Below the pieces are notes generated by a model. That model was not told where the DNA came from. It was given only the letters and a program-made list of their open reading frames with translations, and made no database searches. A DNA stretch of 49,426 bases from Chiloscyllium plagiosum (taxonomy: Eukaryota). Location of the stretch: contig NC_057728.1 of NCBI RefSeq assembly GCF_004010195.1, forward strand, positions 54,978,588 to 55,028,013, read 5' to 3'. The position numbers and the translations under genes are program-made. This document shows positions 39,848 through 49,426 of the stretch, one piece after another; the first letter of the stretch is position 1, and the number at the start of each line of letters is the position of its first letter.

Positions 39848-40079
39848 CTAATATGAACGAGAGAGTCTCTCAGTGTAATTATGTAGAAAATGATATCAGC
39901 ATTAGTGTTGCTATAGATGCTGTTGATTGTTGCAATTGTTCCACCCAATCGGTCTTCAGCAGCACAGATTATAATTGGGATCACATCATCGGGAGCGGAA
40001 ACATCATCAGTAGCAGGAACATTGCTCTGTTTCATGGTATGGCCTGTACTGTGGACAGTTGGAGACTCAGGTTCTTCAG
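39848..40079 (-). CDS. GLT8D2: GLT8D2 coding exon: AEEPESPTVHSTGHTMKQSNVPATDDVSAPDDVIPIIICAAEDRLGGTIATINSIYSNTNADIIFYIITLRDSLVHI
   Basis: attcag acceptor, gtaaga donor, 232 bp. Stem region plus start of the GT8 domain (IPIIICAA...INSIYSNT). Confidence 0.93.
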
Positions 40080-40699
40080 CTGAATAGTGAATGTAGAAAA
40101 TTAGGTTATTGAAAAGCAAGAGAGGGCAACGTTCATTGAACAATTACCACAAGACAGCAGAGAAATATTCATTTCAGAACATCCAAGCCAGGATCTTACA
40201 TCAACTAACCTTGTAAGAATATTCTTTCTCCCTCATGCATTTATCCAACTTCCCCTTAAATACATCTTGAGATTTATCGGAAAAAGATCACATTTTGTCA
40301 AAGCTTTATTCCTTTCGCACTCACCAGGACAATTCACAAGAATACAAAAGTAAAGGGGAAAACATGTTTAGGGTGGATGAGAAAAGAATGCTGATTGATT
40401 GGCAATAAACTTCTTTTTTATTGCTAAACTCAAATGCGCAGCATTTCATTTTTGTGATTTAGCAAAAGACTACCTCATTAAAAATCAAAAAAAAACTAAT
40501 CACGATCTATCAAGCCAGATTTCAGTCTGGGATCGGAGTTATCTAGTAATAACACAGCTGGATCATAGCAGGAACAGTTATGGTGAGGGGGATTGGCACC
40601 TTTCCCTGCAGCAAACACCGGTTGTGATTTCTGCCTGGGGCCAGGATTTGGGACATTCGCTTTAGACTAGAAAGGAATGTGCAATGGTAACACAGGGGT

Positions 40700-43080
40700 C
40701 AATGGTTATGGTCCAGGTAGGTACTTACAATGTAGATCGAACTGGGAAAGAGATTTTATGTAGAGAGTAAGAGAAGATAGGCATTAAATTAAGAATAATC
40801 TGGATTATTATCTGAACTGTGTGCAAATTGGCATCAGTACAAAATATTAGAGAGATGAATATATTGCTTGAAGACTGGTGTGGAAGAGTGGGTTCTAATT
40901 CATGGGCCATTGACACCAATACTGGGAAAAGTGGAAGCTGTACCATTGCGATGGTCTATATGCTGGGGCTAGTGTTCTTGTGAACTGCACAAATAGGGAA
41001 GTAGAGGGGTTTCAGATGAAATAGTGGGGCAAGAAATCAGATGCAAAAACAGCTTGTCTATCAAAGAGTAAAGACAACGTAAGAGAGGAAAATAGTGATA
41101 TGGAGAATTAGGAGCAGACACTGGCAGTAAGAGGGCAGAGCGAAAACACCTAGAATACACCTACAAGACCAAATGTTACAAAGAAAAGGACAGACCAAAA
41201 CTCTGTATCTGAATATGTGTAGCATTCATAACAATGTACATGAACTGATGTCACAGATTTAAATAAATCAGTAACAATCTGATAGCCAATATAGAGACTA
41301 GCTTCAGGATGACAAAGATTGGGTGTTCAATATTAAGAGATATATGACAATCAGCTTAAACAAAAGACTAGCTGAAGGTGGAGAGGTAGCATTGTTAATC
41401 AAAATGACATTCATGCAATAATTAGAGCGTTGGATATAGAATTGGGTTGCAGGGAGACAAGGAATATTCAGGGAAAGAATTCACTTGGGGGGGGTTGACA
41501 ATGCTCCCTACCAGTAACCACAAGATGGGACAAATTAGACAAGAAGAAATATCGTGTGCTTGTGATAATGGGACAGCAATAATCATGGGTAACTTTAATC
41601 TAAATGTAAACTGGAAAACCCAAATGAGCAATAGTAACCTGAATGAAGAGTTCATTGAATGCTTTTAAGATAATTCGGAGAGTTCCCATCTTCTGGTACC
41701 AACCAAAGAACAGGATACGCTCGACTTGATATTGTGTAATGTGACAAGATTAATTTTTCTTATTGATTCACAGGATGAAGGCATCGCTGGATAGATCAAC
41801 TTTTATTGTCTGTCCCTAACTGCCCAGACTCAACCACATTGCTGTGGGTCTGGAGTTACATGTTGGCCAGAGGATGGCAGATTAATTCCCTAAAGGAAAT
41901 TAGTGAACCAGATGGATTTTTCCCACAATCAACAATGGATTCATGGTCTTTATTAGACTCTTAATTTATTGATTGAATTCAAATCCCACAGTCTGGGAGT
42001 TGCACCTAAGTCACTGGAACATTACCTGGTTTCATAGTCCACTTTCCCTAATTACCACAGAGTAAAGGCACCCCCAGTTAGCAGCAACCACAGCACACAT
42101 TTTACATCCAGCTAGAAAGGAAGAATATTGGGACTAAAACTAATATTTTAAACACCAAATAAGGCAATTATGTGGATTTCCAAAGACATTAGATAAGAAT
42201 CATAGAATCACAATTTTATGGTGCAGAAGGAGGTGACTCAGCCCATCATATCTACTCCAGCTTTTTAAATGAGCATTATGACCTGGTTTTTCTGCCTTTT
42301 TCCCTGCATGTTGTTTTTATTTAAGTAATCACCCAATGTCCTCTTGAATGCCTGAATTGAACCCGCCCCCACCACATTTCCAAGCAGAGCACTCCTACTC
42401 GCTGTGTGTAAAAAGATTTCTCCCATCACCCTTGCTTTGTTTGCAAATCACATTTAATCTATACCCTCTTGTACTTGTCCTTTTTATGAGCAGGAACAGC
42501 TCTTGTCCAGCACACTCAAAATTTGAAAACTTTTATCAAAGCTCCTCTCAGGCTTCTCTCCCTGGAGAAAAGTCCCTACTTCTTCAATAAATCCGAATAA
42601 CCAAAGGTACTCATCCCTGGAACCATTCTTGAAAATCAGTTCTGCATTCTCTCCAGTATGTTCACATCCTTCATAAAATGTGGCTCCCACAAATCTATGC
42701 AAAACTCTCAGCTTAGGTGATGGGAGGAAAGGCACAGTAGCTAAATACACAGGTAACACCGACACAGGTAGGCAATTATATTGTGAAGACATAAGGAAGT
42801 TGTAGGTGTTTGTAGATAGGTTGAGTACACGACAAAAATCTGGTAGATGGAGTACAATGTAGAAAAAATGTGAAAGTTCCCAAGCAAGAGGTGAGAATTA
42901 TTTTATGCTTCAAGTTGTTGTGATCTAAATGTGCTGTCTGAACGAATGGTGAAGGCAGATTCAATAGCATCTTTCAAAAGGGAATTAGTTAAATTCTTGA
43001 AGGGAAAAACGATAAAAGGCTATGGAAAAATACCTTGGTAGCGAGAGTAATTGGATAGGAATTTCATTGGGCTGAATGAC
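40700..43080 (+). mobile_element. Old fragmented CR1-type LINE with nested repeats
   Basis: APE remnants LYLNMCSIHN and IIMGNFNLNVNW; RT and tail remnants ~42720-43080. Boundaries approximate. Confidence 0.65.
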
Positions 43081-44047
43081 ATTTTTTGTGTTTTGTGTGA
43101 TTGTGTGAACCCTTAATGATTGACTTGATGGCCCTGTACATTTATTCTAGTTATTCTTCCAGTTGCAATAACAAAACACAGCTACTTCAACTGAGATTCC
43201 AAGATCTCTTGGCAATCTCTTCAACTTCCTTTCTTTTCACCCAGGTCCTTCCTGTCTGAGAGGGCCATCCCTTTGGATACTGCATGTCTAAATCCCCTAC
43301 AGCATACAAACAACAAGGTGATAACGACCAAACAACCTGCATTTTATTTTTGATGGTTTGAGGGAGAAATATTGGTCGGGACACCAGAGGAAGCTCCCCT
43401 GCTCCTTCTCCCAAATATTGCTGCAGGTCTTTCGGAGCATCCAGAAGTTTATCATCTGATCCAAAATGTGACACTGTGGACAGATAGCACTCTTCCAGTA
43501 GGAAATTCAGAATTGATTATGCACTCAAGTGTCTGGAGTGGGATTTGACTCAGAAGGAATATGACTTTACTCTGTATTTTGACCCCTTGTCCTAATCCCA
43601 AGAAGTGTTTGATGGGAACAGAGTTGAGGGAATGTTATTTTTATAATGTTATAGAGTCATAAAGACATGCAGCATGGAAACAGACCATTCAGTCCAAATC
43701 GTTCATGCCAACCAGATATCCTAAACTAATCTAGTCCCATTTGCCAGCATTTGGCCCATAATCCCTCAAAACCATTTCTATTCATATACCCAACCAGATG
43801 CCTTTTAAATGTTGGAATTGTACCAGCCTCCACCACTTCCTCTGGCAGCTCATTCTATCATAGTCATACAGCACAGAAACAGACCCTTCAGTCCAACCAG
43901 TCCATGCCAACCATAATCCTAAACTAAACTAGTCCCACCTACCTAAGCTTGGCCCATATCCCATCAAACACTTCTTATTCATGTACTTATCCAAATGTTT
44001 TTTAAATGTTGTAACTGAATCCACATCCAAAAGTACTTGTGGAACTT

Positions 44048-45414
44048 TCCATACACAGACCACTCACGCTGTTGAGGGGACTTGATTTTTCCATTTATAT
44101 CTTGTTTTAAAAGGGTAGGTTGGAAAGAAGAACAAAAAACTGTGGCAGAGCTGACATTAACTCATAAAACCCATCTGAATATTGTTACGACACGGGGTAA
44201 ACCCCTCTGCTAATTTAAATCCAACACACAGAAAAAAATTCTCCCAGTGATGTAATCTGTGAAAATTCAAGTGGCAAAGTACTATCCCAAAAGTCACTAT
44301 TTAAAGTAAAAATTAACAACTTTAATTTTGTAAAGTCTAACAGAGAATAATTAACTAACAACTATTTAGAACTCATTTATCTAAACCTATCTTTTACGTT
44401 CCCCTCTACAATACTAGTCCGATAAAACCCCCGATTAAGATTTACAGAAAAATTCAAATTTCAACACCAGCCAGCTGTCGAATCTGCTTTTCGTATCTTC
44501 CTCTGTAGATTTACTCTCCGGGTCGTGTCGATTTTTTTTCCTCTGTGCAAACTCCTTCTCTAAACAGATACCTCACAAAGATTTCTGACTAGCAGCCTAC
44601 ATCTGTTGATCTTTTGGCAGCTCTCGTTAATAGCTATGGCTTATATTTTAAGTTTAATCAAGAGACTTATCTCCAAAATCATATAATCAAGAAAGAATCC
44701 ACTATACTCACTACTGCAGCCTCTCTGTCTGTCTAAGAGAGAGGCTGCAGTAGTGAGTATAGGGGATTCTTTCTTGATTATGTTTTTGGAGATAAGTCTC
44801 TTGATTAAACTTAAAATATAAGCCATAGCTATTAACGAGAGCTGCCAAAAGATCAACAGATGTAGGCTGCTAGTCAGAAATCTTTGAGAGGTATCTGTTT
44901 AGAGAAGGAGTTTGCACAGAGGAAAAAAAATCGACACGACCCGGAGAGTAAATCTACAGAGGAAGATACGAAAAGCAGATTCGACAGCTGGCTGGTGTTG
45001 AAATTTGAATTTTTCTGTAAATCTTAATCGGGGGTTTTATCGGACTAGTATTGTAGAGGGGAACGTAAAAGATAGGTTTAGATAAATGAGTTCTAAATAG
45101 TTGTTAGTTAATTATTCTCTGTTAGACTTTACAAAATTAAAGTTGTTAATTTTTACTTTAAATAGTGACTTTTGGGATAGTACTTTGCCACTTGAATTTT
45201 CACAGATTACATCACTGGGAGAATTTTTTTCTGTGTGTTGGATTTAAATTAGCAGAGGGGTTTACCCCGTGTCGTAACAATATTCAGATGGGTTTTATGA
45301 GTTAATGTCAGCTCTGCCACAGTTTTTTGTTCTTCTTTCCAACCTACCCTTTTAAAACAAGATATAAATGGAAAAATCAAGTCCCCTCAACAGCGTGAGT
45401 GGTCTGTGTATGGA
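44048..45414. repeat. Near-perfect inverted duplication: arms 44048-44726 and 44738-45414, 11-bp spacer
   Basis: Arms are reverse complements with only a few differences near the centre. Confidence 0.97.
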
Positions 45415-45550
45415 CTCCTCTCACTTACCTCTCCACGCTTCAGGCTCTCTGCCTGTATTCCTGATGAAGTGCTTTTCCCCGAAATGTTGATTTTACTGCT
45501 CCTCGGATGCTGCCTGAACTGTTGTGCTCTTCCAGCGCCACTAATCCAGA

Positions 45551-47215
45551 AGCTAGCGCAGGAGTCTTTTGTGGATATACCCAGGTATAGACAGGATGGA
45601 TCGAGTGAATCCTTAGAAGAGCGTAAAGGAAGTAGGAGTGTACTTAAGAGGGAAATCAGGAGGGCAAAATGGAGACATGAGATAGCTTTGACAAATAGAA
45701 TTAAGGAGAATCCAAAAGGTTTTTACAAATATATTAAGGACAAAAGGGTAACTAGGGAGAGAATAGGGCCCCTCAAAGATCAGCAAGGCTGCCTTTGCGT
45801 GGAGCCACAAAAAATGGGGGAGATACTTTATGAATATTTTGCAATGCTATTTACTGTGGAAAAGGATATGGAAGATGTAGACTGTAGGGAAATAGATGGT
45901 GACATCTTGCAAAATATCCAGATTACAGAGGAGGAAGTGCTGGATGTCTTGAAATAATTAAAGGTGGATAAATCCCCAGGACCTGATCAGGTGTACCCGA
46001 GAACTCTGTGGGAAGCTACAGAAGTGATTGCTGGGCCTCTCGCTGAGATATTTGAATCATCGATAGTCACAGGTGAGGTGCCAGAAGACTGGCAGTTGGC
46101 AAACGTGGTGCCACTGTTTAAGAAGGGCGGTAAAGACAAGCCAGGGAACTATAGACCCAGTGAGCCTGACCTCGATGATGGGCAAGTTGTTGGAGGGAAT
46201 CCTGAGGGACAGGATGTACATGTATTTGGAAAGGCAAAGGATAGTCAACATGGCTTTGTGCGTGGGAAATCATGTCTCACAAACTTGATTGAGTTTTTTG
46301 AAGAAGTAACAAAGAGGATTGATGATGGCAGAGCAATAGATGTGATCTACATGGACTTCAGTAAGGCGTTCAACAAGGTTCCCCATGGGAGATTGGTTAG
46401 CAAGGTTAGATCTCATTGAATACAGAGAAAACTAGCCATTTGGATACAGAACTGGCTCAAAGTTACAAGACAGAGGGTGGTGGTGGAGGGTTGTTTTTCA
46501 GATTGGAGGCCTGTGACCAGTGGAGTGCCACAAAGAATGGTGCTAGGCCCTCTACTTTTTGTCATTTTAATAAATGATTTGGATGCGAGCATAAGAGGTA
46601 CAGTTAGTAAGTTTGCAGATGACACCAAAATTGGAGGTGTAGTGGACAGCGAAGAGGGTTACCTCAGATTACAACAGGATCTGGACCAGATGGGCCAATG
46701 GGCTGAGAAGTGGCAGATGGAGTTTAATTCAGATAAATGCGAGGTGCTGCATTTTGGGAAAGCAAATCTTAGCAGGACTTATACANNNNNNNNNNNNNNN
46801 NNNNNNNNNNNNNNNNNNNNNNNNNNNNNNNNNNNNNNNNNNNNNNNNNNNNNNNNNNNNNNNNNNNNNNNNNNNNNNNNNNNNNNNNNNNNNNNNNNNN
46901 NNNNNNNNNNNNNNNNNNNNNNNNNNNNNNNNNNNNNNNNNNNNNNNNNNNNNNNNNNNNNNNNNNNNNNNNNNNNNNNNNNNNNNNNNNNNNNNNNNNN
47001 NNNNNNNNNNNNNNNNNNNNNNNNNNNNNNNNNNNNNNNNNNNNNNNNNNNNNNNNNNNNNNNNNNNNNNNNNNNNNNNNNNNNNNNNNNNTTTGGAGGG
47101 ATATGGGCCAAGTGCTGGCAGATGGGACTAGGTTGGGTTGGGATATCTGGTCGGCATGGACGGTTGGACCGAAGGGTCTGTTTCTGTGCTGTACATCTCT
47201 ATGACTCTATGACTC
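45551..47215 (+). mobile_element. CR1 LINE ORF2, relatively young, spanning a gap
   Basis: KSPGPDQVYPR, QHGFVRGKSCLTNL, GVPQRMVLGPLLF, KFADDTK; (ctatgact) tail. Confidence 0.93.
46786..47091. other. Assembly gap
   Basis: Run of N. Confidence 1.
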
Positions 47216-47381
47216 TCCTTTGCCACTCTTAGTCCGAGCTAGCTTTCAACTCTCTTAAAGGTACAGTACCCCTTACACCTTCATAACAATGTCAAATGAC
47301 TTCAGATCAAAATCATTGTGTAATCTAGATTTCCACCAGTTCCTAATGAACCTCTCCTGTAAATGACAGAGGAACACTCAC

Positions 47382-47474
47382 CTGCTTCCTCTTTGTACGG
47401 TGACATTTTGTGAAATTTGTTGTAAAGGACCAAGCAAAACATTAGAATGACTAGGAACAGCAAGCCCTGATTAA
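47382..47474 (-). CDS. GLT8D2: GLT8D2 signal-anchor exon: NQGLLFLVILMFCLVLYNKFHKMSPYKEEA
   Basis: gtccag acceptor, gtgagt donor, 93 bp. Hydrophobic type II transmembrane segment resembling human INQVLLFLLIVTLCVILYKKVHK. Confidence 0.92.
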
Positions 47475-47659
47475 CTGGACAAAAGAAAAACACAAAAATA
47501 AAACACTCAAAGGTAAGTATTTATCCAAGAAAGAACAAATCCAAACAGATTAATCAGCACTTCACAAGTAAATAAAGCTCATCCAAACCATGAATTTCTT
47601 CTCAAAATACTTAAAACATATTAAAACAATTTATGTGTTTCATGAATATGTTATTTTAT

Positions 47660-47872
47660 TGATTTGGAGATGCCGGTGATGGACTGGGATGGACAAAGTT
47701 AAAAATCAAACAACACCAGGTTATAGTCCAACAGGTTTAGTTGGAAGCACTAGCTTTCGGAGCACTGCTCCCTCATCCGACAACCACCTGATGAAGGAGC
47801 GTCGCTCCGAAAGCTAGTGCTTCCAAATAAACCTGTTGGACTATAACCTGGTGTTGTGTGATTCTTAACTTT
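47660..47872. mobile_element. Palindromic non-autonomous element (PLE-like family C) with flanking duplication
   Basis: ~80-bp inverted arms; TTATTTTATTGAT at 47651-47663 and 47871-47883. Confidence 0.85.
47785..47819 (+). ncRNA. Intact minimal hammerhead ribozyme motif
   Basis: CAC-CTGATGA-A-GGAGC-GTC-GCTCC-GAAA-GC-TA-GTG: stem I CAC/GTG, 5-bp stem II, palindromic AGCT, CUA cleavage triplet. Confidence 0.8.
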
Positions 47873-48959
47873 ATTTTATTGATGTTGTTAAGTTTAAATG
47901 CATTTTTAAATGATGAGAGTACACACCAGAAAATTGACCCTAGAGTTTGGGATGACTATTGGCTCCATACCAGTAGTATCTGAGATTCCGGAATTAAAAT
48001 AAATACAAATTGGAAACAAAAATCAGGCGAGATAGTTTATTATAGCAACAAATACAACAATAACGGGAATTTGTTCGGCACCTTTAATATCATAAACAGA
48101 CCCAAGTCAATTTTGTTAGGGTGTTATCAGATGAAGTTGTGACACTAAGTCACACTTGGAGATATTGGGGGAAATGGTCAAACATTTGATCAAGAGGAGA
48201 ACTTTATGGAGTGTCTTAAAAGAGGAAAGTGAGGCAGAGAGGTTGGGGGACTCGCTAGATAGAGAGATGGCCATGAATGTTGAAGCAGTCGAAATTGGCG
48301 ATCCGCGAAGGGGCCAGAATTGGAGGAGCACAGAGATCTAACAAGGCTGTCAGGCTGCACAGTAGTGCAGTGGATTGGGACAGTGACATGGAATTGGTAA
48401 ATGAGGATTTAAACATTTGTGTCTACAGCCCAGCTCATATTGGAATTATTGAGATCGGCCCAGGCACCTCATTACACAAATCTATTGAGTGCAGTAAGTC
48501 ATTACAGGGGAGGCTCAATCAGAGTTTATGCAGCTCTTTCACATATAATGGCTACTACAGAACAGATCGCTTGGTCCTGTTGGAACATCTGCAATTTGTC
48601 CACCACATCAGCAGTCATTCCTAAACTCAAGTGTCTGCCTTGCTCCAATACTTCTTTAAGCCTCTTCCACCTTTCTAACCCCTTCTTTAATGCTGATAAG
48701 ACTCCTGAGGGGTCTTGAAAGGGTGGATGCTGACAGGATGGGGGAGGTTAGAACTGGGAGACACAGTTTTAGCAAAAGGGATCTCCTATTTAAGACAGAG
48801 ATGACGAGCCTTTTCATTTCACTACGAGGCTTATGAGTTCAAGGAATTTACAGAATCACTATAGTGTAGAAATAGGCCCAACAAATCCACACCAACTCTA
48901 AGGACAGCATCCCACCCAGATTCACCTTTCTACCCTATCCCTGTAACCCTACATTTCCC

Positions 48960-49173
48960 ACTGCTAATCCAACTAACCTACACATCCCTAGGCAATTTAA
49001 CATGGCCAACCCACCTAACCTACACATCCCTGGGTAATTTAACATGGCCAAACCATCTAACCTGCACATCCCTGGACAATGTAACATGGCCATACCATCT
49101 AACCTAAACATCCCTGGACAATTTAACATGGCCAAACCATCTAACCTAAACATCCCTGGGCAATTCAACATGG
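48960..49173. repeat. 39-bp tandem repeat derived from a V-SINE segment (~5 units)
   Basis: caatttaacatggccaaaccatctaacct.cacatccctgg repeated. Confidence 0.9.
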
Positions 49174-49325
49174 AGAAAGTGAGGACTGCACATGCTGGAG
49201 ATCAGAGCTGAAAAATGTGTTGCTGGAAAAGCGCAGCAGGTCAGGCAGCATCCAAGGAGCAGGAGAATCGACGTTTCGGGCATAAGCCCTTCTTCAGGAA
49301 TGGGGAGGGTGTGCCAAGCTGGCTA
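49174..49325 (-). mobile_element. PLE family B terminal segment with hammerhead motif at 49266-49301
   Basis: On -: ATTC-CTGAAGA-A-GGGC-TTAT-GCCC-GAAA-CG-TC-GATT. Confidence 0.82.
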
Positions 49326-49426
49326 AGAAACCACATGGTCGCACACGGGCTTTTTGCGTTTGTCCCTTCATTCGTACCTTGAATTTCGTACGTATGTTGA
49401 AGTAAAATTTTACATACAGTCCTGTT

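Noticed and set aside
45406..46785. Possible intact or domesticated reverse transcriptase gene
   Set aside because: 5'-truncated CR1 ORF2 with in-frame stops and frameshifts.
47475..49426. GLT8D2 first coding exon (MALLRK-like)
   Set aside because: No ATG-containing mini-exon with a donor was found; it probably lies beyond the window.

Overview
Vertebrate genomic DNA, most likely a shark (inferred from HE1/V-SINE-like, CR1 and Penelope repeats), with two assembly gaps. Two convergent spliced genes can be read exon by exon. TDG (thymine DNA glycosylase) is on +, with seven coding exons from 6779 to the stop at 17641; its 5' exons were not found in the window. GLT8D2 (GT8 glycosyltransferase) is on -, with eight coding exons from 47474 to the stop at 21946; its first short coding exon was not found. 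Introns are filled with CR1-type LINEs, tRNA-derived SINEs, three Penelope-like (PLE) families, a Gypsy-type solo LTR, pogo/Tigger fossils, a 21-bp minisatellite and a ~1.37-kb near-perfect palindrome. Most notable: all three PLE families carry minimal hammerhead-ribozyme motifs. These include a ~210-bp non-coding palindromic element with an intact hammerhead (47785-47819) and TSD-bounded insertions that begin with an inverted terminal segment. There is also a candidate stop-containing (poison) cassette exon upstream of the TDG catalytic exon. Family names and human comparisons come from recall, not from database searches.
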